Source of the DNA: Burkholderiales bacterium
GTDB taxonomy: Bacteria; Pseudomonadota; Gammaproteobacteria; Burkholderiales; SG8-39
Assembly (NCBI GenBank): GCA_035540415.1
Contig: DATLGR010000016.1
Location: 1-44,518 of the forward strand
DNA length: 44,518 bases
Reading direction: 5' to 3'
The notes beneath the pieces were generated by a model, which was given only the letters and a program-made list of their open reading frames with translations, was not told the origin of the DNA and searched no databases. The translations under genes and the position numbers were made by a program. This document shows positions 19,053-27,243 of the stretch, piece after piece. Within the stretch, counting starts at the first letter, position 1. Each line of letters begins with the position of its first letter.

Positions 19053-19967
19053 TCAGACTAGGGGATCGCCGGAGAACGCTTCCAGGTCGGTCACGAGCTC
19101 CGCGAAGTGCGGCTCGAGCACGCTCATCGCGGCGGCCAGGGCCGCCAGGTCGTAGGCGCCGCGCGGGTGCAGCACGCGGGCGCTCGGCCGGGGCTGGGAG
19201 AAGACGAACAGCTCGCGCCCCCGAGCGCCGAAGAGCTGGCCCGAGATCTTGGCCGCCGCATCGCTCGCCAGATAGCTCACCAGCCGGGCGACGTAGAGGG
19301 CAGGGACTTGCAGGGCCTTGTCCTTGTAGGCGGCCTGCGCTGCGTTCGCCGGCTTGATGCTCTCGGTGACGCGTGTGGCGGCGAATGGCGCGACGGCGTT
19401 GCAGCGGATGCCCGAGCGCGCCAGGTCGTGCGCCACGACGCGCGTCAGGCCGAGCAGCCCCGCCTTGGCCGCGCCGTAGGCGCCTTGGCCGAAATTGCCG
19501 TAGATGCCGGCGGTCGACACCAGGTTCACGATGGCGCCGGGGGCGCGCCCCGCCTTCGCCTGCTCGCGCATGGGCGGGGTCGCGGCGGCGAGCAGCCGCT
19601 GCGCGCCGGTGAGATTGGTGCGGATGACTGCGTCCCAGGCGGCGTCGTCGGACTTGAAGATGAAGGCATCGCGGAGGATGGCGGCGTTGTTCACCACGAT
19701 GTCGAGCGTGCCGAAGCGCTCCAGTGCCATCTGCACCGCCGCGCGCGCGACGGCGGACTCGGCGATGTCGCCCGCCAACGGCGCAGTGCCCGGCAGCCCG
19801 GCGGCGGTGCGCTCGGCGATGTCCGGTTCGTCGGGAACACCGCCGATGGACACGCCGGCATCCACGATCACGACCCGCGCGCCGTGCGTAACGAGGTCCT
19901 CCACGATGGCGCGCCCGATGCCACGGGCGCCGCCGGTCACGATTGCCACTCGCCCTTCGAGGTTCAT
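19053..19967 (-). CDS. Long (304-aa) classical SDR oxidoreductase, hydroxyacyl-CoA-dehydrogenase-like, with C-terminal extension
   Basis: TGGARGIG, NNAA and catalytic YGAAK motifs. About 50 extra C-terminal residues relative to 250-aa SDRs. First gene of the operon. Confidence 0.85.
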   Translation of the reverse strand: MNLEGRVAIVTGGARGIGRAIVEDLVTHGARVVIVDAGVSIGGVPDEPDIAERTAAGLPGTAPLAGDIAESAVARAAVQMALERFGTLDIVVNNAAILRDAFIFKSDDAAWDAVIRTNLTGAQRLLAAATPPMREQAKAGRAPGAIVNLVSTAGIYGNFGQGAYGAAKAGLLGLTRVVAHDLARSGIRCNAVAPFAATRVTESIKPANAAQAAYKDKALQVPALYVARLVSYLASDAAAKISGQLFGARGRELFVFSQPRPSARVLHPRGAYDLAALAAAMSVLEPHFAELVTDLEAFSGDPLV

Positions 19968-19990
19968 GCCGGATGGCCTTCGCAGGTGGT

Positions 19991-20020
19991 TTGCACGGCC
20001 GCCGGAGGCCGGGCTAGGAT
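19991..20020 (+). promoter_or_regulatory. Candidate marR promoter (TTGCAC-N18-TAGGAT)
   Basis: Hexamers at 19991-19996 and 20015-20020 in the 80-nt divergent intergenic region. Recognised by eye only. Confidence 0.3.
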
Positions 20021-20047
20021 GCTAGCAATTGTTTGCCCCCCAAACAA
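20019..20047 (-). promoter_or_regulatory. Candidate promoter of the nine-gene catabolic operon (TTGTTT-N17-TAGCAT on the minus strand)
   Basis: Reverse complement of 20042-20047 is TTGTTT and of 20019-20024 is TAGCAT, with a 17-nt spacer. It overlaps the inverted repeat below. Confidence 0.3.
20029..20047. promoter_or_regulatory. Inverted repeat TTGTTTG-N5-CAAACAA, candidate MarR operator
   Basis: Perfect 7-bp arms at 20029-20035 and 20041-20047, immediately before the marR ATG and across the putative -35 and spacer of the divergent operon promoter. Confidence 0.45.
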
Positions 20048-20479
20048 ATGAAGCTGAACGGTAGCGCCCTGCACCCCGGGGTGCTTCCCGGTCTGCTGGG
20101 GTACCGGCTGCGGCTCGCGCAGCAGGCGGTGTTTCGCGACTTCGCCGAGCGTGTGGGCGAGCTCTCTCCGGGGCGCGTGGGCCTGCTGTTGCTGGTCGAG
20201 GCGAATCCGGGAGTCACCCAAAGCCGCCTCGCTCAGGCCTTGGGCGTGGACCGCTCGACGCTGGTGGGGCTCATCGATGTCCTGCAGAAGCGACGGCTGC
20301 TCGAGCGGCGCCGCGGCGAGGACCGGCGCACCAACGGGCTGTGGCTGACCGCCGTGGGCGCGCGCGCGGTGGCCACGCTCAAGCGCCGCATCCAGCGCCA
20401 TGAGCGACGGGTCGCGGCGCGCTTGAGCGAGGGGGAGCGCGCGCAGCTCGTCGGGCTGCTGGAGAAGCTCACGGGGTAG
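20048..20479 (+). CDS. MarR-family transcriptional regulator
   Basis: 143 aa from ATG 20048 (the track TTG at 20033 is an alternative). Winged-HTH region LLLLVEANPGVTQSRLAQALGVDRSTLVGLIDVLQKRRLLERRRGEDRR. Divergent from the catabolic operon. Confidence 0.88.
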   Translation: MKLNGSALHPGVLPGLLGYRLRLAQQAVFRDFAERVGELSPGRVGLLLLVEANPGVTQSRLAQALGVDRSTLVGLIDVLQKRRLLERRRGEDRRTNGLWLTAVGARAVATLKRRIQRHERRVAARLSEGERAQLVGLLEKLTG

Positions 20480-20482
20480 GAG

Positions 20483-20512
20483 AAAAAAGAAGGGCGCCCG
20501 CAGGCGCCCTTC
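20483..20512 (-). terminator. Rho-independent terminator of amtB
   Basis: 10-bp GC-rich stem 20489-20498 / 20503-20512 with a 4-nt loop, followed on the minus strand by UUUUUU (plus-strand A-run 20483-20488). It lies 19 nt after the amtB stop. Confidence 0.8.
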
Positions 20513-20530
20513 TCCAATGGGCGGAGTGGA

Positions 20531-21991
20531 CTAGAGGCGGTACGCGGCCTCTCCGTGCGCCGTGGTATCCAGGCCTTCGCGCTCGTCCTCTTCGGTCACC
20601 CGCAGGCCGATCACGAGATCCACCAGCTTGAACGCGATGAACGCCACGATGCCGGACCACAGGACCGTCGTCAGCACCCCGGTCGCCTGCGTAAGAAGCT
20701 GTCCCGCGATCGAGTAGTCGGGGGACACCTGGTTGGCAACGTAGTCGAAGATCCCCGAGCCGCCCAGCGCCGGCGCTGCGAACACGCCCGTGAGGAGCGC
20801 GCCGAGGATCCCGCATACGCCGTGCACGCCGAAGACGTCCAGCGAGTCGTCGGCGCCGAGCATGCGCTTCAGCCCGTTCACGCCCCAGAACCCGCCCGCG
20901 CCGCCGACCATGCCGATGACCAGCGCGCCGCCGACGCCGACGAACCCGCAGGCTGGCGTGATCGCCACCAGCCCCGCGACAGCGCCCGACGCCGCGCCTA
21001 GGGCCGAGGCCTTGCCGCGCGCGAGCGACTCGACCAGCAGCCATGCCAGCACCGCCGCGGCGGTGGCGGCGATGGTGTTGAGAAAGGCGATCGTTGCAGT
21101 GCCGGTCGCTTCCAGGTTGGAGCCGGCGTTGAAGCCGAACCAGCCCACCCACAGCAGGCAGGCGCCGATCATGGTGAGCGGCAGGCTGTGCGGCGGCATG
21201 GACTCCTTGCCGTAGCCTATGCGCTTGCCGACGACGTAGGCGCCGACCAGGCCCGCCACTCCGGCGTTGATGTGCACGACCGTGCCGCCGGCGAAGTCGA
21301 GCGCCCCCTTCTGCCACAGCCAGCCCGCGGCCGCGGTCACCGCCTCCAGGCTTTTCGCGTCGGTGATGGCGTCGGGCCCGTCCCAGTACCAGACCATGTG
21401 GGCGATGGGAGCGTAGGCAAAGGTGAACCAGATCACCGCGAACACGAGGGCCGCGGAAAACCGGATGCGCTCGGCGAAGGAGCCCACAATGAGCGCGCAG
21501 GTGATGGCGGCGAAGGTGAGCTGGAAGGCGATGAAGGCCATCTCCGGGATGGCCACGCCCTTGGAGAAGGTGGCGCCCAGCGACTCGCCGTCGACGCCCC
21601 TGAGGAAGAGCTTGTCCAGGCCGCCGAAGAACGCGTTGCCGCCGGTGAACGTGATGGAGTAGCCGTAGACCACCCACACCACCGCGATGAGGCAGAAGGT
21701 GACGAACACCTGCATCAGCACCGAGAGCGTGTTTTTCGCCCGCACCATGCCGCCGTAGAACAGCGCGAGCCCGGGGATGGTCATCAGGATGACGAGCGCG
21801 GTGGCAACCATCATCCAGGTGGTGTCGCCCTTGTCGACCTTGGGCTTTGCCGCCTCCGTGGGCGTGACCGGCTTCGCCGTCTCCAGCGCGGCGGGTCTTT
21901 CCGGCGCGGGCCCGGCCTTGTCCTGCGCCAGCGCAGCCCCGGCGAGCGCCAGACCGAGGCCCATGGCGATCCATGCGAACCAGTTTCTCAT
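20531..21991 (-). CDS. amtB: Ammonium transporter AmtB
   Basis: ATG 21991 is preceded by TAAGGAG (glnK stop plus SD). Signal peptide MRNWFAWIAMGLGLALAGAALA, then the typical Amt core (FAGGTVVHINAG, GWFGFNAGS, DVFGVHGVCG). The track start at 22054 would overlap glnK. Confidence 0.93.
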   Translation of the reverse strand: MRNWFAWIAMGLGLALAGAALAQDKAGPAPERPAALETAKPVTPTEAAKPKVDKGDTTWMMVATALVILMTIPGLALFYGGMVRAKNTLSVLMQVFVTFCLIAVVWVVYGYSITFTGGNAFFGGLDKLFLRGVDGESLGATFSKGVAIPEMAFIAFQLTFAAITCALIVGSFAERIRFSAALVFAVIWFTFAYAPIAHMVWYWDGPDAITDAKSLEAVTAAAGWLWQKGALDFAGGTVVHINAGVAGLVGAYVVGKRIGYGKESMPPHSLPLTMIGACLLWVGWFGFNAGSNLEATGTATIAFLNTIAATAAAVLAWLLVESLARGKASALGAASGAVAGLVAITPACGFVGVGGALVIGMVGGAGGFWGVNGLKRMLGADDSLDVFGVHGVCGILGALLTGVFAAPALGGSGIFDYVANQVSPDYSIAGQLLTQATGVLTTVLWSGIVAFIAFKLVDLVIGLRVTEEDEREGLDTTAHGEAAYRL

Positions 21992-22001
21992 TGCAGTCTC
22001 C

Positions 22002-23097
<1,096 letters not shown>

Positions 23098-23134
23098 GAG
23101 TTCTCCCTGAGGTTGGTAAATGACCCCTTGCGTT

Positions 23135-23150
23135 AGCACCGGCTGTGCCA
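23135..23150 (-). promoter_or_regulatory. Sigma-54 (-24/-12) promoter for the porin-glnK-amtB operon
   Basis: Minus strand reads TGGCACAGCCGGTGCT, with GG and GC at exactly consensus spacing (TGGCAC-N5-TTGCW). It lies about 38 nt upstream of ATG 23097. Confidence 0.65.
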
Positions 23151-23272
23151 AGAGGAATGTCGCGTGTCTTCAAGCGCTTAGGAATTTTTGCGGCGGTGCA
23201 GCGCCCTGTCTTGGTGCGCTCCAGACCCCGCGCCGCCCGCCTTCGGTGCGGCACCTGCGGTACCTTGCGCCC

Positions 23273-23515
23273 ATGGTCGACAAACGATTCTTCGAGGAGA
23301 TGAACGAGCGCATCGGCGAGGCGTTCCGCAATTCGCCGGCGCACGACGTGGAGAAGAACCTGAAGGCGCTGCTCGCCTCGGGCCTGGCCCGCCTGGATCT
23401 CGTGCTGCGCGAGGATTTCGACGTGCAGCAGAAGCTTCTCGAGCGCGCGCAGGCGAAGCTCGCGGAGCTCGAAGCGCGCATCGCCGAGCTCGAACGTAAA
23501 CGGGACGGCGCCTGA
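23273..23515 (+). CDS. ubiK: UbiK/YqiC-family accessory factor (coiled-coil)
   Basis: 80 aa, MVDKRFFEEMNERIGEAF ... LARLDLVLREDFDVQQKLLERAQAKLAELEARIAELE, matching the conserved LDLV-REEFDVQ core of the family. Confidence 0.85.
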   Translation: MVDKRFFEEMNERIGEAFRNSPAHDVEKNLKALLASGLARLDLVLREDFDVQQKLLERAQAKLAELEARIAELERKRDGA

Positions 23516-23539
23516 AGCGTTGCTCACGGCGGAGGGCTC

Positions 23540-25039
23540 ATGTCCATTGCTGCCGTGGCGAGCCGCGCGCTCGCGGGAATTGAAGCGCCCGAGGTGACCG
23601 TGGAAGTGCACCTGGGCCCGGGCCTGCCCGCGTTCCACATCGTCGGGCTGCCCGACGCGGAAGTCCGCGAGGCGCGCGACCGGGTGCGCGCGGCGCTCAA
23701 CCACGTGCGCTTCGAATTTCCTGCCCGGCGCATCACCGTCAACCTCGCCCCCGCCGAGCTGCCCAAGGATTCAAGCCGCTTCGACCTGCCGATCGCCTTG
23801 GGCATCCTGGCCGCCAGCGGGCAGCTGGGCCTTGCGGGTCTCGCGGAGCTCGAGTTTGCGGGCGAGCTGTCCCTCACCGGCGAGTTGCGACCGGTGCGCG
23901 GCGCTCTCGCGATGGCGCTCGCGGCGCGCGCAGCGCGGCGCGTCTTTGTGTTGCCCGAGGGCGATGCGCCGCAAGCCGCGCTCGCCGAGGGCGCACGCAT
24001 CTTGCCGGCGCGGACGTTGCTAGAAGTGGTTGCTCACCTCGCAGGAGAAGCGCCGCTTGCGGAATACAGCCCCGTGCCCAGGCGCACCGCGCCGGTATAT
24101 GCAGACTTCAACGACGTAAAGGGCCAGCAGCAAGTGAAGCGGGCGCTGGAGGTGGCTGCCGCTGGCGCGCACAGCGTTCTCATGCTCGGCCCGCCGGGCA
24201 CGGGCAAGTCCATGCTCGCGGCCCGCTTCCCCGGCATCCTGCCCCCGCTCACCGAGGGTGAGGCGCTCGAAGTTGCCGCCGTGCATTCGGTGTCCTCGGC
24301 CGGCTTCGACGCGACCCGCTGGGGCGAGCGGCCCTATCGGGCGCCGCACCACAGCGCGTCCGGCGCCTCGCTCGTGGGCGGCGGCGTGCATCCGCGCCCG
24401 GGCGAGATTTCGCTCGCTCATCACGGCGTGCTGTTTCTCGACGAGCTACCCGAGTTCGACCGCGATGTGCTCGAGGCCCTGCGCGAGCCTCTCGAGTCGG
24501 GCCGCGTGTGCATCACGCGCGCCGCCCGGCAGGCGCAGTTTCCGGCCCGTTTTCAACTGGTCGCGGCGATGAACCCCTGCCCTTGCGGCCACTGCGGCGA
24601 CCGCAGCGGCCGTTGCCGCTGCACGCCCGAACGCATCGCGCGCTACCGCGGGCGCATTTCCGGTCCGCTCGCCGACCGCATCGACATCAAGCTGGAGGTG
24701 CCGGCGCTGCGTGAGGCGGAGCTCGTGGCCCCGGTCAGCGGCGAGGGCTCGGGGGCGATCCGCGCGCGCGTCGAGCGCGCCCGCGCGCTGCAGATCGAAC
24801 GCCAGGGGATGCCCAACGCCCTCCTGGGCACGAAGGACATCGACCGGCACTGCGACACCGACCGCGACGGCGATCAGCTCCTGCGCCATGCGCTCGCCCG
24901 GCTGCTGCTGTCGGCGCGCGGCTATCACCGGGTGTTGAGGGTAGCGCGGACCATCGCCGACCTCGCGGGCAAGCCCTCGCTTTCCGCCGAGCACATCGCC
25001 GAGGCGATTCAGTACCGGCGGCTGGACGCGAGCTTTTAG
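23540..25039 (+). CDS. yifB: YifB/ComM-family Mg-chelatase-like AAA+ ATPase
   Basis: 499 aa. N-terminal Lon-like domain (GIEAPEVTVEVHL ... FHIVGLPDAEVREARDRV), Walker A GPPGTGKS, Walker B VLFLDE, and a Cys-rich insert CPCGHCGDRSGRCRC. Confidence 0.93.
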   Translation: MSIAAVASRALAGIEAPEVTVEVHLGPGLPAFHIVGLPDAEVREARDRVRAALNHVRFEFPARRITVNLAPAELPKDSSRFDLPIALGILAASGQLGLAGLAELEFAGELSLTGELRPVRGALAMALAARAARRVFVLPEGDAPQAALAEGARILPARTLLEVVAHLAGEAPLAEYSPVPRRTAPVYADFNDVKGQQQVKRALEVAAAGAHSVLMLGPPGTGKSMLAARFPGILPPLTEGEALEVAAVHSVSSAGFDATRWGERPYRAPHHSASGASLVGGGVHPRPGEISLAHHGVLFLDELPEFDRDVLEALREPLESGRVCITRAARQAQFPARFQLVAAMNPCPCGHCGDRSGRCRCTPERIARYRGRISGPLADRIDIKLEVPALREAELVAPVSGEGSGAIRARVERARALQIERQGMPNALLGTKDIDRHCDTDRDGDQLLRHALARLLLSARGYHRVLRVARTIADLAGKPSLSAEHIAEAIQYRRLDASF

Positions 25040-25047
25040 GCGGGAGG

Positions 25048-25851
25048 ATGGCGACGTACGCGATCGGCGACGTGCAGGGCTGTTACGACGAGCTCGTGCG
25101 GCTGCTGCGCGAGATTCGGTTCACGAAGAGCCGCGACCGGCTGTGGTTCGTCGGTGATCTGGTCAATCGCGGACCGAAATCCCTCGAGGTGCTGCGCTTC
25201 GTGCGGGATCTGGACGATCGCGCCGTCGTCGTTCTCGGGAACCACGACCTGCACCTGGTGGCCCTTAACGAGGGCCTCAACCGGGTGCGCGCGGACGACA
25301 CCTTCGAGGCGGTGCTCGAAGCTTCGGACCGGCAGGCGCTCATCGGCTGGCTTCGCACGCGACCGATGATGCATGTGGAGGGCAAGTGGGCCATGGTGCA
25401 CGCCGGGCTGCTGCCGCAGTGGTCGGTCGACAAGGCCCTCGGGCTCGCCAAGGAAGTGGAGCAGGCGCTCGCGGGACCGGACTATCGCGAGTTCCTGCGG
25501 AACATGTACGGCAGCACGCCCGACCAGTGGAGCGATTCCCTCGCCGGCTGGGACCGCCTGCGCGTTGTCGTCAACGCGATGACGCGGCTGCGCTTCTGCA
25601 CGCCGCAGGGGCGCATGGACTTCCACGCCAAGGGGAGCGCTGCCCCCCCGGGCACCGTGCCCTGGTTCGAGTTGCGCCGGGATGCGCAGGCGATCGTGTG
25701 CGGCCATTGGTCGGCGCTCGGGCTAAAGCTCTCGCAGAACCTGGCCGCGCTCGACAGCGGCTGCGTGTGGGGCGGCAGCCTGAGCGCGCTGCGGTTGGAA
25801 GACCGCGCGCTCGTCCAGCTGCCCTGCGCCGCTTACCGGCCGATCGAATGA
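25048..25851 (+). CDS. apaH: Bis(5'-nucleosyl)-tetraphosphatase, symmetrical (ApaH)
   Basis: 267 aa, MATYAIGDVQGCYDEL ... GDLVNRGP ... GNHDLH metallophosphatase motifs. Confidence 0.93.
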   Translation: MATYAIGDVQGCYDELVRLLREIRFTKSRDRLWFVGDLVNRGPKSLEVLRFVRDLDDRAVVVLGNHDLHLVALNEGLNRVRADDTFEAVLEASDRQALIGWLRTRPMMHVEGKWAMVHAGLLPQWSVDKALGLAKEVEQALAGPDYREFLRNMYGSTPDQWSDSLAGWDRLRVVVNAMTRLRFCTPQGRMDFHAKGSAAPPGTVPWFELRRDAQAIVCGHWSALGLKLSQNLAALDSGCVWGGSLSALRLEDRALVQLPCAAYRPIE

Positions 25852-25852
25852 C

Positions 25853-26302
25853 TCAGGGCGAAACGCGCGTCATACCTGCGGAGGAGATCAAGCGTACGCG
25901 CTGGCCTGGGACGAATATGTCGCCCTCCTCCTGCACGATGGCGCGCAGCTCGCCGTTCTCGAGGCGCACGGTGATCTCGACCCCCGGCCGGCGCGTCGCG
26001 CCTTCCTCGATCGCCTGACCCGTGACGCCGCCGCCCACCGCGCCCAGCACGCCGGCTACCGTCGAGCCCCGGCCCTGGCCCACGCCGCTGCCGGCCACGC
26101 CACCGACCACCCCGCCGGCCACCGCGCCCACGCCGGAGCGCGTGCCCTCGATGGTCACCGGACGCACCGATTCCACCGTGGCCAGGCGCACGGTCTGCTC
26201 GCGCAGCGCTTCGCCGCGGCTGTAGACGTCGCCCGAGCGCGGGCTCGCGCAGCCCGCGATGAGCGCGGCGCCTAGCGCGGCCAAGAGCATCGTTCTAGAC
26301 AT
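25853..26302 (-). CDS. Glycine-zipper outer-membrane lipoprotein (SlyB/Pcp-like)
   Basis: Lipobox LIAGC, then glycine zipper GVGAVAGGVVGGVAGSGVGQGRGSTVAGVLGAVGGGVTG. ATG 26302 (TGATG junction with the upstream gene); GTG 26305 is an alternative start. Confidence 0.85.
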   Translation of the reverse strand: MSRTMLLAALGAALIAGCASPRSGDVYSRGEALREQTVRLATVESVRPVTIEGTRSGVGAVAGGVVGGVAGSGVGQGRGSTVAGVLGAVGGGVTGQAIEEGATRRPGVEITVRLENGELRAIVQEEGDIFVPGQRVRLISSAGMTRVSP

Positions 26303-27243
26303 CACTTATTCCAAGGCGAGTAGCCGAAGGCGCGCTTGAAGCGCTCCTCAATGTCTTCGCGCGAGGGCGCATGGTTCTGCCCGCCGCGATAGGCGATCTT
26401 GATGGCACCCAGCACCGCGCCCAGCCGCCCAATGCTGGGCCAGTCCCAGCCGCGCACGATGCCGTAGAGGAGGCCCGCGCGATAGGCGTCGCCGCAGCCG
26501 GTGGGATCGACGATGCGCTCCGCGGGCACCACTGGGATGTCGAAGCGCTCGCCGCCGGCGAAAATGGTCGAGCCTTCGGCGCCGCGCGTGGCGATGAGCG
26601 CCCTCACGTCCCGGGCGATGGCCTCCAGGCGGCGGCCGGTCTTTTCCTCGAGCAGCTTGCCCTCGTAATCGTTGACCGCGACGTAGTCCGCGAGGCGCAG
26701 GAACTCCGCCAGTTCCTCGCCCGAGAACATCGGCAGCCCCTGGCCGGGGTCGAAGAGGAACGGCACGCGGTGCTCGGCGCATTCGCGGGCGTGCTGCTGC
26801 ATGCCCTGCTTGCCGTCCGGGCCGATGATGGCGAGGCGCGCGCCGAGGGTCTTGTCGACCCGGTTCTCGTGCGAGTAGTTCATCGCCCCCGGGTGGAAGT
26901 TGGTGATCTGGTTGTTGTCGAGATCGGTCGTGATGAAGCCCTGCGCGGTGAATTGCCCGGCAATGCGCTTCAGGCGCTCGGTGGCGATGCCCAGGCCGCG
27001 CAGGCGCGCAACGTAGGGGTCGATGTCCTCGCCCACGGTGGCCATGACGATCGGCTGCTCGCCGAGCAGCCGCAGGTTGTAGGCGATGTTGCCGGCGGTG
27101 CCGCCGTACTCGCGCCGCATCTCCGGCGTCAGGAAGCAGACATTCAGGATGTGAAGCTGGTCGGGCAGCAGATGGTTCCGGAAGCGATCCGGGAACACCA
27201 TGATGGTGTCGTACGCAATGGAGCCGGTGACGAGGATGGTCAT
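26302..27243 (-). CDS. PfkB/ribokinase-superfamily carbohydrate or nucleoside kinase
   Basis: 313 aa with the C-terminal anion-hole motif DPTGCGDAYRAG. ATGA overlap with the upstream gene. Confidence 0.85.
   Translation of the reverse strand: MTILVTGSIAYDTIMVFPDRFRNHLLPDQLHILNVCFLTPEMRREYGGTAGNIAYNLRLLGEQPIVMATVGEDIDPYVARLRGLGIATERLKRIAGQFTAQGFITTDLDNNQITNFHPGAMNYSHENRVDKTLGARLAIIGPDGKQGMQQHARECAEHRVPFLFDPGQGLPMFSGEELAEFLRLADYVAVNDYEGKLLEEKTGRRLEAIARDVRALIATRGAEGSTIFAGGERFDIPVVPAERIVDPTGCGDAYRAGLLYGIVRGWDWPSIGRLGAVLGAIKIAYRGGQNHAPSREDIEERFKRAFGYSPWNK

Noticed and set aside
11433-20530. The aromatic locus as a mobile genomic island.
   Set aside because: No tRNA, integrase, transposase, flanking direct repeats or obvious compositional break are visible. 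It looks like resident chromosomal DNA.
23160-23260. NtrC upstream activator sites for the sigma-54 promoter.
   Set aside because: I found only isolated GGTGC(A/G) half-sites and a GGTGC-G-GCACC mini-palindrome with the wrong spacing and orientation for the TGCACC-N5-GGTGCA consensus. That is not enough to call a site.
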